This document shows positions 12,925 through 27,830 of a DNA stretch of 64,000 nt, piece after piece. Under the pieces are notes generated by a model that worked only from the letters and a program-made list of their open reading frames with translations, was not told the origin of the DNA and did no database searches. The position numbers were made by a program, and so were the translations under genes. The DNA is from the human T2T-CHM13v2.0 reference genome, Homo sapiens, in assembly GCF_009914755.1 (NCBI RefSeq), contig NC_060927.1. The stretch is one strand, 5' to 3'. Positions within the stretch are counted from its first letter, which is position 1, and every line of letters begins with the position of its first letter.

Positions 12925-13304
12925 TATTGGCTGAACCATGCCCACCCCTGGAATTAACACGTTAAAGTCCCAAACCCCAGTACTGCAGAGAACATGGCTG
13001 TATTTGAAGACAGAGACTTTAAAGAGGTAATTAAGGTGAAATGAGGTCATTAATCCAATCTGACTGTTGTCCCTATAACAAGAGATTAGGGCAAAGACAC
13101 ATTGCAGAAAGGCCACCATGCGAGGATACGGGAGGAGAGAAGGCGGCCATCTGCAAGCCAAGGAGAGAGCCTGCCGGAGAAATAAGCCCGCTGAGTCTTT
13201 GATCTCAGACTTCCAGCCTCCAGGACCAATGAGTTAATACATTTCTGTTGTTTAAACCACCCAGTCTGCGGAATTTTCTTCTGGCAGCCCCAGGAAACTA
13301 ATCC
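12925..13304 (+). mobile_element. MLT1 (MaLR) LTR
   Basis: ...gtatttgaagacagagactttaaagaggtaattaagg...gatctcagacttccagcctccagg...aggaaactaatcca. Confidence 0.8.
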
Positions 13305-16300
13305 AGAGAGGAAAGAAGAGAGGACGGGACTGAAACCTGGTTCTGACACCAAAGATGAACAGCTGCAACTGTCCCATCTGTCTGACCTAACATAGTGGGA
13401 CTGAGATGAAAGCAACTGAACGTACAGATGCCGCTTCCAGACCAGAACCACCTGAGCACAGGAGGAAACAAACACATGGACTGGCAAGGGAGGAGAATGG
13501 GTTTCCTGGCTGGGCACTGGGCAAGTGGACAGCTGCGGCCTGCCCCTCTGACTTGGTGATCATCTGCCCTGCACTAGCCAGAGGAACCTCGACCTCCCAG
13601 GAATTCTTCTGCTTGCCTGTAAGAGAGGAGGACTAGGTTTGTGTTCACAAACCAGGCTGGGGCCTCCTTTGGATGGGGAGGCAGTGGGTCTGAGGTGGGA
13701 CCTGCTCCCAGACATGTCGTACTGATGATACTGGTGCAGGAGGGATGGTGTCTGCTGGCGCCTCTGGTTTTAAGTATTAATAGCTATAATTTTACAGGGG
13801 CTGAAGGGAAAAAGATAAAAGAATGCCAAAGAAATTATGTCTATAATTCTCAACATCTATTGTGAATATACACTAGTTTTTTAATGAACTGCAGTTACTC
13901 TGAATACCAAAAAGCACTAAAAATACTTTAAATTAAAACTTGTTATCACATCCACACATTGTTATTCATTTAATTAGGAAGTTCTATACTGCTTAAAATC
14001 ATTTTATTATCTTCAGGGCTAATAGAAGTCCCTGCTGTCTCATTTACCCTGTTGGATTTAGTTTACAACTGAACTGTATCTTGATAGACTATGTAACACT
14101 GCAACCTCCGTGGAATTGAGTAAGTGGGGTCAAACTAATGTCTTACTATACATATCATTTTGGCTTGAAGAAAACTCAGGTATGTAACACAACACAAACA
14201 GCCTGAAGATCATCAGATCTAGGTTTGAGGTTGGGTTTTAGCTTTGTAAATCATAAGATTCAAAAAGATCAAACACAAAACAAACAAAAAAGATTGAACA
14301 CTCATCCACTTCCCTGGTTTCCCGATGCAGATTTAGTAACGACACCTACCTTCTATTCTTGGTCCTCCATTCCCTAGACTCTGGCTCTCAGGTAGCCTCA
14401 GAGGCCTCTGAGTAAACTAGGAAAGTGCAGTCCCCGCTTAGAGTGCGAGCTCCGCTGTGGCTGTGCTCGTGCAGGCTAAGGACTGGCATCTGCCTATTAG
14501 AACAGTGGTCCAAAGGGTCACATGCACTGACATGGCCCTGACACATCACCGGTGAACCCCAAGGAGACAAAGCCAGCTCAGAACCTTTAACACCAAGTGC
14601 ACAGTCCTCCTTAATGGAAAAGGCTCTTAAAGCCTGGCAGAAATTCTGCACTATATTTACTTGCAAATCTACTTTTGTAACATTTTACTGTTAATGAGAA
14701 GGAGGAGAGTTATGAAAGTAAATTGTTAGCAGATGGTATTGGAATCAGGCACTTTGCTGGGGGCTCAATTTCCTCCCTGGTAGAGCTTATAAATGTTTAG
14801 AAGGAGTAGCTGGATGAGGGTAAGCAAAAAAAAAAAGAGGCTTGTTCAAACCTCTTCAGCAGTTGAGCCAAGCCTCCGGAGGGACCCTGGTTGCCACGAA
14901 ACAGAGGGATTAAGCTGGTAATGGTATGATCTCTTCAAAATGTAAGTGTTTTGGTAAAAATACTCAAAAAACTTCTGTCTGCAAGCCCTGTACCATGTGA
15001 CAGGTTAAGCACCGAAGGTCATATGCTACCATCTGCATTTTCAAGACATTCTTTAATTGGAGGGAGTTCCAGAGGGTACGACTGCCACAGGCCCTGAGAT
15101 GGTTGAGTCCTGGAATCAGGCACTGATCACTAGAGGGGGAAAAAAGAGACACAGTCTTGCAAGTGCAGAGAGAGAACAGAAAACTAAACTTTCCCTCTTC
15201 TGATCTCCCGTAACACTCCGAGCCTCTAGAATGGCCCTGCCCACAGGCTGCCTAATGGAAGAATTCACCACGTGCTGCTCTTCTCTGTAATACCTCGCAC
15301 GTGGTCCCGGGTACTGTTCTGGGAGGCACGGAGCAGCTCATTCATTTCTGTATCCCTGGCCACTCTACCAGTGACAGAGAAACATAGTAGAAAGTGGGCT
15401 GTGGAGTCAGAAAAATGTATGATCTTAGCAGTCTCTTCATCTCTCTTGAGCCTCTATCCAACTACCGTGAGGGATTTCTATGCGAATCAATGAGAATTCA
15501 TATAAAGGTCCCAGCCCAGAACAGGCAATTTATTTATTACACTGTTTGTTGGATTCCATCTGTTGGTGCAATTCCCATTTGAAGGATAAGATGGCTGAAC
15601 AAAGGGAACCTCTAACTGTCCTTCTCGCTACTCATGAGAGGCCCCCGCCTCGAATACAGTCAGCCACTAGCCGATGGAAGGGGTCAGGAGACACAGTACC
15701 CAAGAGCCTGGGTGAGTGGGTGCTCCGAATCTGCTCCACCAGGAGCCGGCGACGTCATCTCAGAGCAGCTGCCTGACTTTCTATGACTGTTTCCACATGT
15801 GTGAAAATGGTAGTGTGAACCCACACACAGGCTCAGAGCGATACCCGGCACGGTGCCGCCTCCTCCCCACACACACTCTGGACTTACAGGCTTTCTTCCA
15901 TGCACGTTTCTCCCTCCCTAGAATGTGTTCAGAAGCCCTCTCTGCCAATGCATACTCATCTGCACTTTCAAAACCCGACTTGAGTGCCTCTTGTCAGCCT
16001 CAGCCCCAAGAGCACCCCTTTTGGTGCCATCTACCTGGGCTGAGCTGCCTGGCAGCGTCCCTTGTGACGTGCTGCTGGCTCCAACTCAAAAACTACTCAT
16101 TTCTCAGCAACACCATTGTGTGCTACCGCCAAACAGGCGATCTTGCTCTCTGCAGTAGGTTCCAGTCCAGACCCTGAGGAGTAAGATGGTGGTCCCGGAA
16201 ACCAGTTCAAATTTCTCACTGGCATACAGAGTGCTGAAGGAAGGCTGTGTATAGGCCCCCCGATTCTGATCGTGAAATCTCATTATCAGTTCCAAGCCCC

Positions 16301-16644
16301 CCACGGAGCTGCAGTGGGCAGGTAGCTGGGACGAGACACATTCCCAAGTCAGATATCTCAGCCAGCCATCCAGGTTTCCCACGGAAATTCATTAACTCAC
16401 TGTATTCCTTACTATTGCTAAATATGCTGGTTTCAGAAGCCACAGAGTGAATTTTCCAAGGATTAAAATAGGACACGAAGTTCAAAGATGTCTCAGTCCT
16501 GACACAGTGGAAGCAGCATTAGGGACTTGGGCACGCACACCATTCGAGAGCCTGACAACCCTGAAGACAAGTAAAGCGAGTAACTTAAAGTCAGCTTCAG
16601 TCAACCTTACTGCTGAAACAGCTACATGCCCAAGTAAATCATTT

Positions 16645-17330
16645 TAATTTTTCCAACTTTTAATTTCAAAAAATTTTAAAGCTACCCAAAAAGTTGAATG
16701 AGAACAAGAACATCCCATTCTCTTTACCTTGATTCACCTATCATAAGCATTTTTGTCAGTTTGTTTTAGCTACATGCATACACGTTTTCTTGCTGTGATT
16801 TTTGAAAGTATTAATAAGTGGGAGACATCTTATTTCACCCATAAATACTTAAGAACAGGGACATTCTCCTTCAGAGCCACAATACCATTATCATACCCAA
16901 CAAAGTTAAAGTTGACGTATTGTCATTATCTAATATCCAGTTCACATTCCAACTTCCCGAACTGACCTGTCTCTTTTTTGGTGGCAGGGAGGGTTGGGGG
17001 AGGACTTCATTAATTAAGGGTCATATGCTGCTCAGTGAAGTTGTCATGTTTCTTTAATCTCCTTTCATCTAAAGGAATTCTTTTCTCTTTCGTGACACTG
17101 ATGTTTTTAAATAATGCAGACCAATGAGCTGTCCCTACAAATTTTGGTGGCCTAATCATTTCTTTATGATTAGATCTGAGTTAAATCTTTTTGGCAAGAA
17201 TACTACCCAGGTGATACTGTGTGCTCCCACCGCACTGCACCACACCGGAAGGACCTGGCGCCAGCCCATCCCATCACTGGGGAAGCAGAGCCTGCAGTAC
17301 ACACAGATTGCTCCTTGCTCTGTTAGAAAC
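16645..17330 (-). mobile_element. Old L1 (L1MC/ME) 3' fragment
   Basis: Degenerate L1 3'UTR-like sequence (aaaagttgaatgagaac...ccttgattcacc..., tttttggcaagaatactac). Confidence 0.55.
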
Positions 17331-20300
17331 AAGTAAGCTCCTCCCTTTTGTAGTAATAGTTTGGGGGTGTGAATCCTGTCATTGTCACTCAATCACATAC
17401 TCATTTTTTTGTTTGGGTTCTGTTTTTCTATTATTTTTATTTCCCATACTCATTTATTACACACCTTTAATTTGCAGTTTGAGAGTGCAGAGCTAAGCTG
17501 GATTAAAGACAGGGTCCCCAGATACAATTCAGCACAAGTCCAACTGGGGACACATTTTCATACAAAACACATTGAAAGAAAGACAGACAATACAATCAGG
17601 AGTAGCTTATACTCTGCCTGGAATAAAGCAGGTGCTTAGCAAATATTTGTTGAATAAGGGACCTGTATGGTTCAGGCAAATAAAAGCTATTAGGCCAATC
17701 TGCATCCTTTCCATTCTTCCTTCTCACATCACCTCACCCCTGGGGCTGAAAGGAAGTCTTCGAACGTGGCCACCCTGCCTCCCACCACGAGAGATCAGGA
17801 TCCCTGACTGATTGGATTGCCGGAGTAAAGGCTCAACTGCCTCAACCTGATCAGCCCATCTCACCCTCTCTCTCCAGCCTTACCCATCTCTCTTTCTCTT
17901 CCCTCCCCCGCCCCTCAGACTCCACTGCTCCTGAGGTGTGGTCTGCACACGCAGGGGATGCCTCCCACCTCCCCTCCCACCTGCCTGGAACAGTCCCTCA
18001 CTTTCAGGTCTGGTCTAGAGTGCAAGCCTCACCTTCTTCAAGCTCTTCCTCAGCAAGTAAGTGTTCCTTGGTCTTCAGTGTCTGAAAACATTTACAAGCA
18101 TCCTGCGTTATGGCTCTTAATCCTATCGCCTAACGGTGGTACTATTTACAAACATTTTCACATGGCTAGGAAGCCTTCAGGCCACTTCCTAGACCCAGCT
18201 CATTCCCTAGGGCCTCCTTTCCTTTCCTAGAGCAGGCTCCAGGGATAAGCCCTGTCCTTGTCCTTTGCTATGTCCTTTCATAAAAGCTGCCACCCATGCT
18301 CTCTTATTGAGACAGTCCTCATCCCAAAACGATAGTGAAGTGGGACTTGTGTCCCTGCCACATCACCCCAAAAACTGACACATGGACATGGAACCTTTAT
18401 TTAAAAGGCTAATTGTTGAATCCAGTCCTGTCTAAAGAATGTATACAATTTAGGACTGGCAGAAAAAAAATCAGAGGATGTGGTTCAGTGAAAGGCATTG
18501 TTGTGCCTGGGATGTTTGTAGGACTACTCCAGGAACTAAGGAAAACACACAGATGTTTGAGATCTGGTCTTTGCCTCGAAAATTTTAGTTCTAGTGGGAG
18601 TGATAAGTTATGGAGATAAAGAACTGTAAGGATGGAACATTATAAATGCCAAAATAAATCAGATGCTCTTGAAATGGGTGAATTGCATGGTATATTAGTT
18701 ATATCTCAATAAAGCTGTTACCCCCAAAGAGCTTCTGGTTATGTAGGTTAATCTACTGACATTTATCATAGTAGGAATTAAAATGGGGAAGTTTTAAAAT
18801 ATTAATTAATTTGAAATAAAAAATAAAAAGAGATGCACTTTTTATTTTTTTAAAAAAAGAGAGCGATGCCACACACATTTTATATGAGGGAGACAATAAT
18901 TCTAACTCTAACAGGAGTGGGATTTGAAAAACAGGCAGGATTTGGACACTTAGAAATGATGGGTATGAGCATTCCAGGCAGGTACAAGAGTATGAGGCAA
19001 GGCAGAGAGCAGGAATGATGCCATCTTTGTGCGAGAGCAATGGGACTAGAACAACGGGTTTGTTTCCTTAGACTTAAGGCTGGATACAGAGAGGTGGGTC
19101 AGATAATAAAGGGCTCTGAACACAGGTGAACGGCTGAGACCTGACGAGGCGGGTCACTGACAGGGAGCCACTGTAAGCACTGACACAGCTACAGGGAGGC
19201 TTCCGTGAGGGGTGCTCCAACACACCATGCCAGATGGGTGCACACACCTGAGTCAGGGAACAGGGCAGGGACGCAAGCGTTACGTGAGGAAGCTTCAACA
19301 ATGTTCCTATCAGTGAGGATGGAGAAGAGGCAGGTTGAAGACACATTTTAAGGAAAGATCAGAGAGCTGGTATTCCAGCTAGTATTATACATTGACCTGA
19401 TCTTTCCGAAACAGGCCACCCTCAGCTTCTTCCTAATAACTCTCTCAATGTTGACCCTTCCTTCGTATAAATTGAGAAACTATGAGATGAACAAGCCAGG
19501 AAGCTACACTTGTTCCCTAGCTTATCAATATGTAACAAGGAAGAGTGAGTTAGTGCTAGAACTCCATATTTTAAGTTCCACAGGTTGATCTAACAAAGTC
19601 TAATTAACCTCTCATATTTACATTTCAATCACTGTCAGGTGACGTTTTTATGTACTAATAAGATTCCATTTTTATTCTTGAAGAAAACTGTCAGTATACT
19701 CATTTTCTTTAAACAATTTAGATGTCCACTGTTTGATGGCAGGGGTTGTGCTAAGAGCTTCCATTTATCCATGATTAATCAACATTTATTCAACAGACAT
19801 TTCCTAAAATCTGAGTTGTGAAGAACATCAAACAAATCAAATAATAATGCATACTTATAGAGGGAAAAATCTGAATACCGATGTTTAAAAACTGACTCCA
19901 ATGAAATCTACCTATATTAAAATAAACCAATTCTAAAAAATCATCATCCTTCATTAGATTGGTGTCAGGCTAATATACAGATATGTTGGGTTTTTCACAG
20001 TATATGGTATATTCTGGAGTGCTTTTACAGATAAATTTTACTCAATAATTATAGTTTATGTAAGCTATTATTACAAGATGTCTGTATTATCCAATAAAAA
20101 AACTAAGAGGCTATTAGAACTGAAGTCAAAAGTATGTGACTAGCTTGAGAAAGTATTAAAATATTTATTGGAGAGTTACTGGAGAGTCAAACAGCTAATT
20201 TCATACATGGGTAAGTAATTAAATACCAAAATGTATTTATTTCTTAAGAAAAATGGCTTAATAATGGTGTTCAGCATAACCAAAGAATAGGTAAATCTGT

Positions 20301-21849
20301 AAAGCTGCTTTTTAAAGGTGCAATTGCAGACTTATTCCACAGATTTTAATGTTAATGGGAAATCGTAAGATCCTTATGCAAAAATTATACACAATCAAGG
20401 ACTTTTGTTTCCTTACCAAGCTCCAAGAAAAGAGACTATTAAATAATAAAGTAAAAAAGTCATAGAATTTAACCTGAAAACAAATATTCCATTAGCATGT
20501 AAAATTTAATGTGTTTCCTAAACAAAATCATCCCCATGATGCCAAGAAGTTTTCTACTGGAGTGTGAAGGTGAAGGAGGTTTCCCCAAATTAATCAACCT
20601 AAAATATTGGGGGATGGGGATGTTGCTTACTTTTCATTTCTATTTCTTTCTATCCTCCCACCTCTCTCTCTTTTTACATTTACATTACCCAGTGAGCAAA
20701 TTTTATCAATGAGAAGCCAGGAAGGGCTGACTCCCTTTGGTATATTTACTTAAGATATAAAGGCCAATCAACCATTGTGCTCAGAAAAGTTGTGGCCGTT
20801 TCTGGGCCTACTTCAGATCTCTCCTTAGCTCCAAGTGACTTATTATGAAGCCAAAGAAAGAGGAAAACTGAGCTGATCAAAGGCCAGGCTGTCATTAAGT
20901 GAAAATGATGGAAGATGAAAGGCTTGCCCTGCACTTCAAAGGTACAGCTGAGCTCGGGTGAGCTGACAGCAAGCGATCAGGGATCAGAGAGGCAGGCGGT
21001 AGCTTAATGGACTAGATGACATTCCTAGAGCCATTCATCTTTATACCAATCATGAAAAATAGAAACATAACGACAAACATGCATTTAAATGCTTTCCTAC
21101 TGGATATAAAGAAGAGTGGGTAACCCAAAAATATAAAGTGACATACATCACATCTACACTTACAGAATATAAAATAATGAGGTCCAAGAACTGTTGAAGA
21201 AGTTGGCATCTCTAAGCAGTGCAGAATTACATGTTAACAGTTTTTCCTTATGCCCTAGGGTGTGTAATGCAATGAAGCTTAATTTTGAGAGACCATGGAT
21301 GCAGCAGTCTCACTTCCCTGGTGGGCTAACGCAGAACACTTGGTGTGTTGACGCGGAAGGGCGGTCAAACTTGCTTAAGATTTTGGGGTTAGAGCTGGTC
21401 TAGAGCCACCATAGGGCTGGGGAAGGAAGGTTGGAAAAATCAGGCCGATTGATGATTACACAATATTCCCCTTATTCCACCCCATTCACCCCTGTACAGT
21501 GCCCTCCCACCCATACACAGAACCTCAGCAGACAGAGGCCCCTCTAGGCAGCAAAGATGTTACATTGTAAGAGGCCTCAAGGCATTAACTCGAGTCTCCT
21601 TTCTTTTCTTTTTCCTCTGTAGGAACCAACATGCATCTAATCTTCTAAGACTCCCTAGAATGACTTTAATACAATGGAACAATATTATCTGTACTTCTGG
21701 TCACACTGGAGACTTTTCAGGGAATTGACTGGGTTTCTCCTCCCTATAGTTTATTGTTAGTGGTGGCAGCACCTGCAAAGAGCAGAGAAAAAGAGGAGAG
21801 AGTGCCACCCCCCGCAAATTAGTAATCAGGATGTTGGGTACTGAGAAGA

Positions 21850-22040
21850 GATGCTCTAGAAGCTTTATATATGTGAATTCATTTCATACTCCTATTTACC
21901 TGTGAAGTAGGCACTATCATTAGTTTCATTTTCAGGAGGAAATGGTCACCAAAAGTGGCTCAGCAACTTGCCCAAGGTCACAGCTAGAAATAGGAAAGAC
22001 TGGATTTACACCCAAAGGTCTGGCCCCAGGGACTATGTTT
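21850..22040 (-). mobile_element. MIR
   Basis: cctgtgaagtaggcactatc...caacttgcccaaggtcacagctag...ggatttacacccaaagg. Confidence 0.75.
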
Positions 22041-22914
22041 CCAACTCCTATACCACTCGGAGAGGTTTCACAGAGCAGATGGTGAAGGGTCAGCAGGAGT
22101 GGCCCAGTGAACAAAATCCTGCAAGGTCGGCACAGCCTGAGGGGGCAACAGCACAGCACCCCTGAGCCAGCAGGGTGAGGGCAAGGGTGAAGAGCAGCAA
22201 AAGGTGCCGGAGGGCAGGGTGAGCCTTGGTCATCCAAAGGCGTTAGCACCCCAGGGCCGCTAAAGTAAACATTGATCATACGTAAAACCTTTGCTTGCAC
22301 CTCTTCCAATCAGACCTGCCACTACCAAAACTCTCCTTCTCTATGGAAATTCCAGAGCTACCTTTTCTACTGAGCCACGCTAAATAAAGAGCTGGGACTT
22401 ACTTCGCGGAAAATTTGGGAGCCAATGACAACATTCAGGCTGGACAACAATAAATTCACAACTCCCCTTGGCCATCTCTGTCCTGGGCCCTTGCTGACCG
22501 GCTCCACCTGGAATTCCATCCCCTCCTTCCCTCTCACCCCCAGGACCCGACCGTCCCACCCTGTGTGCACATATCATTCTCTGTAAAGATCATCTGAATG
22601 TACACATAGGATGTCAGTTTGCTTCTTGTAAGATAGCTAGTACTGATTATAAAGAAAACAACAATTCCAGATTGTCAGCTCCTCAAGAAGGGCCCTGGGT
22701 GGGGTGTCCAGAGAGCAGCAGTGAATGCCCCTTACCACCAGACACAAAGCCTGGCACTCAGGTGTTCTCTGAATGACCGATAGGTGCCATTAGTAAGATT
22801 TATAATTGAGCTAATACTTTGCACAATATTTTAATGTAAGCAAATGCACACACACAAAGAACTTTGCAAAGAATGGAATGAATGGAGCAACAATATTCTC
22901 CACATTAAGTCTCC

Positions 22915-23860
22915 AACTTTTATAATAGCTTTATTGACATATAATTCACATGCCATATAATTCACCCATTAAAGTGTCTGACTCAATGTGTTTATAATTG
23001 TGGGGCTGTGCAACAATCACCATGATCTAATTTTAGGACATTTCTTCACCCCGAAAAGAAACCCATACCCATTAGCAGTCACTCCCCATATTCTCCTCTC
23101 TCCAATGCCTAGCAACCACTAACCTACTTTCTGTCTCTATAGACTTGCCGATTCCAGACATCTCATATAAACTCAATCATATAATGATTTGGTGTCTTTT
23201 GTGTCTGGTTCTTTCACTCATAATGTTTTAAAAGTTCATCCATGTTGTAACGTATGTCAGTACTATATTTCTTCATATTGCCAAATAATATTTCATCGTA
23301 TGGAGAAACCGCATTTTATCCATTCATCAGCTGATGGGTATTTGGATTGCTTCTACTTTTTGGCTATTATAAATAATACTTCTATGGACATTTGTGGACA
23401 GATTTTTACAGGGATGTTTTCAATTCTCCAGTATGTACCTAGGAGTAGAATTGCTGGGTCAAATGGTAACTCTATGTTTAACATTTCGAGCAACTGCAAA
23501 ACTGTTTCCAAAACAGCTACACCATTTTACATTCCCACCAGCAACGTATGAGGCATTCCAATTTCTCCACATCCTCACCAACACTTGTTATTGTCTTTTT
23601 TATTTCAACCATCCATAGTAGGCAGACCTCACTGTGGTTTTGATTTTCATTTTCCTAATGATGTTGAGCATATTTTTCTGCAATTCTTGGCCATTTATCT
23701 TCTTTGGAGAATTGTCTATTCAAATCCTTTGCCCATTTTTAAATAAGATTATCTGCCTTTGTACTGTTGAGATGTAAGAGTTCTATACATCTCAATACAG
23801 GTCCCTTCTCAGACACATGATTTATAAAAATATTTTCCCATTCTATGAGTTGTCTTTTCC
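22915..23860 (-). mobile_element. L1MB 3' fragment
   Basis: atataattcacatgccatataattcacc..., ccattcatcagctgatgg..., taggagtagaattgctgggtc..., cattcccaccagca. Confidence 0.85.
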
Positions 23861-25065
23861 TTCAAATCTATTATTATAGTTACCTACAGCCTTCAGAGGT
23901 ACCAACAAGAAACCTTTACAAAAACCTAACCTTCATCTTACATCTTTTACAAAGCTTACGAATTTGATTACAAATGTTCTTCTAAATGCCATTATCTTCC
24001 CATCCGGTTTCTTGATAGGCCAGCCTATGCTGAAGCCCCAGCCATTGCTAGATACCCACCACCGATAGCTGGGTAGCAAACTCCTGGATAATAAATAACA
24101 GTGATATTTACCACTGACATTCTGGCATTTCAGAAATTCAATCTGTCTTCCCAATGCCTTATTTTAATGGTTTTTACAAAAAAAAAAATCATACTATTAC
24201 TAGATGGCAGAACCTAATGTGTGTTTGGCCAGCCTATTTTCTTTAAAGCCATGCTGACAATGATTGTTAAAACTGCTCCCATGCTAGAATGCTCCTCAAT
24301 TGTTTCCGTCTTGACTCAAGGTCAATGGGGACTAGAGTAATGAAGAAATAAAGCAAAACTGAAACATTTTAATTTGGGGTCTACAAGACTATATTAACTT
24401 CTAGCAAATTAAATGGATGAGTGGTTTGCAGCCACTGACATTTATATTTCACGATTAGTTCTCTAGGCCCCTTATTCTCTCTGCGCCATTAACCTTTAGG
24501 GTGTAGCTCTTTGTCAGTCTCACTTCAATTATGCTTTCGAGGGATTATAGAATTAGCAATTCCAGTTTTGATGGCACGAGCTCTGTCAAATCAGAGAGAC
24601 AGATGTGAGCTCATGTAACTGAGAGGCTTCCATCTGTTGGACTGAGAACTGAAACCTGGAAAGGCTCTTGTATTTCCTTTCTTACGCTTCCTTGGGCTGT
24701 TCCAGCTTGGAATTACCCATTTACTTACATACTTGGTATTTGAGCAAATATCTTAAATAGCTGAGGTAGCAACCTTTCTTGCCAAAGGTGGATGGCTACT
24801 CACCATCCACCTTTTAGTTATGGATTCCAATGCTGGTGACAGAGGAGAAAGTGATGTCACCTCATACATATCCAAATCCTAGCATCCACAGGAACCCACA
24901 CAGAATCAAAGCCCCTCACTAAGTTAACAGGTCATCCACTGGGATCACATCAAGGCTCTGTCGACTGGCTGGAAGGAACAGAAGGAAGAGCCCATGGAAC
25001 AGAAGCAGCAAAGGATTTTATTTTCAGCAGAGTGAAAATTAGGTGTTGTATACTAAAGAGAAATT

Positions 25066-25302
25066 AGTCATCCTTTGGTATATATACTCAGGGGATTGGT
25101 TCCAGGAATCCCACCAATGGCAAAATCCACACATACCCAAGTATCAAAGTCCACTCTGCAGAGCCCGCTTATAGGAGAAGCTGGGCCTCTACACACATGG
25201 GTTTCACATCCTGCAATATTTTCTGTCTGCAATTGGTTGAAAAAAAATCCTGAGTCGAAGTGGACCCTCGAAGTTCAGATGGTATTGTTCAAGGGTCAGC
25301 TG
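25066..25302. mobile_element. MER2-type (Tigger2-derived) DNA transposon fossil
   Basis: agtcatcctttggtat...ggggattggttccaggaa...gttcaagggtcagctg. Confidence 0.7.
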
Positions 25303-25499
25303 TGTATTCTTTCTGTCAGGGTTTTCTGTAAGTTGGGAATGCTGAAAATTTCTACAACTGTCTAGGTCTAACTGTCTGCAGGTGACAAATGTATTTCTGA
25401 AAATTAGATAGTAAATTAAACCTGATCGTGATTTAAAGGCTCTGCTGAGCTCATATGTAAAGCAAAAGTGGTTCTCAGTTTAATTTCACCAATCTGTGA

Positions 25500-25799
<300 letters not shown>

Positions 25800-27489
25800 A
25801 AATTTTCCTTATTGTTTTTCATCCAGCCACTCCTATTTCATGTCTAGTACAATGCTTTCCAAAGTGAGTTCCTGGATGACCTACGTCAGAATCACCTAAA
25901 AGACTTATTTAAAACACATATTCCTAGGTCTGGCTCCAGTCCTAATAAAAAGTTGTCCAGGGACCCCCACGATATGTCATTTTAGCGTGCCCCAAGAGGT
26001 GTCTCTTCTCATGCCTCTTCCACTTTCACAACTGATCAATACCAAGATCAGCCAACACCACATCAGACATTTCTAAGGACGTGTCAGCAGTGACGTGGCA
26101 CATGGGAGAACTGATGATGTATCTCAGTACTCACATCCACTCAGGAAATGCCTGATGAACGAGTTTCAGAAAGCAAGATTTAGGCCGTCCTGGTTACCTC
26201 CTGCCAGCACTAACACGTGAAACAGCTCAAGACCAGCTTTAGGAGGGCTCACCTCTATTTTCAAATAATGACGTCTTTCTCTAATTTTTTTTTTAATGTT
26301 TGCCTCTTGAGAGATCAGGGACTTCATTAAGTAACCCTCCCATGCCTCAGTTTCCCCATATGGAAAATAGCTATACTATCTGCTGCCTTCTATTCCTATA
26401 AGGCATACAGTCATATACTTCCTATTTGTCTTTTGCACAACAAAACAACTCATTCCCCAAAAGCTTTGAATTAGGCTTGCAAACATAGTCCTTAACTACC
26501 AAACTGTAAATTTCTCAAAGTCTAGAAAAATGAGAGGGGCAAGGAAAGAAACAAAAAGAAACTTAGGCTTAACTGTACCAGCTAGTCTCAACTTGATCCG
26601 AAGGAACACTGCTAGCATTCTCTCAGCTAGCTTCTCACGATTACATTTAAAACCACCACAAAGCCACCACGATCACGCTCTGAGAGGCCGCCGCAGGTAA
26701 ACAGAGGGATAGGGTAGGAACAGCCCAGCATAACTGACAATGCTCTTTAGGGGATCTGCAGATCTGCCTTCTCAAACATCTCATTTCACTTCATGAATAT
26801 TTACAAAATATTTGCAAAAGAAGAACTAAGGCAATGAACATGTCCAGAAAGAACCACATGCTAACTTCTAAAGGTTTCTCTCTCCAAAAATTCAGTAGTG
26901 CCAGAGGCCTGTTCTTTTGTCCCAGGTTGTTTTTCAAGTGCTACCTCATGACAGAATGGATCACTCATAATAACTAGATGTTAGCATCTGTGTCACATAA
27001 TTCATCTCTGGCAGTCCACTTCTTTTAAATCCTAATAGTAGGCCTCCTAAATAGGATTGCTAGCATTTGGCATCTCATTTGCCTCTATGACAACAAAACT
27101 CTAGAAGACGTAGTTTATAATACATTATGGTTTCAGCTGAATGACATTTGGTTCTAAAGTCTTTGAAAGTACAAGTTTGAAAATGCCAAATTTTATCTAT
27201 ATCCATATCTATAGCTCCATCTGAAATTAGACAGATTACCAAACAGAAAATGTCACTCAGATTCTAAAAATAAACCATGCTATTGCTCCAGACAGGTTAC
27301 ACCAGAGGGTTAGGACCATGACATTTTGCTGGGGTTCAAGTGCAAATCAGCAAACAAAATGGCATGTTTTTCTCTTCCTTTTTCACAGCTAAAGATTAGT
27401 GAAGGCAGCATTGTAGTCTGTGTAACTGCTCAACCCAACCTTTATCCAGGAGCTAGTATTGCTTCTTTAAAAACATTTTTTTTTTTGTA

Positions 27490-27830
27490 AATAAAATGTG
27501 GTACAGCCATACAAGGAACTACTACTCAGCAATAAAAAGGAATGAAGTAACAAAAGACCAAATATTGTATTATTCCATTTATATGAAATGCCCAGAATAA
27601 GCAGATCTATATAGACAGAAAGTAGATCTGTGGCTGCCAGGGACCAGCAGGACGGGGGAATGGAGAGTGAAACGGGTCAAGGTTTCTTCCGGGAGTGATG
27701 AAAATGTTCTAAACTTTGATCCCAGTGATAACTGTACAACTCTGTGAATATATTAAATACCATTAAATTGTATAATTTAAACGAATGAATGGCATGGTGT
27801 ACGAATTATATCTCAGCAAAGCTGTTAAAA
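27490..27830 (+). mobile_element. L1MB 3' fragment
   Basis: aataaaatgtggtacagccatacaagg...gatgaaaatgttctaaa...gaattatatctcagcaaagctgtt. Confidence 0.8.

Noticed and set aside
15716-16177. 153-aa plus-strand ORF
   Set aside because: No recognisable protein, no convincing splice or promoter context; within chance expectation
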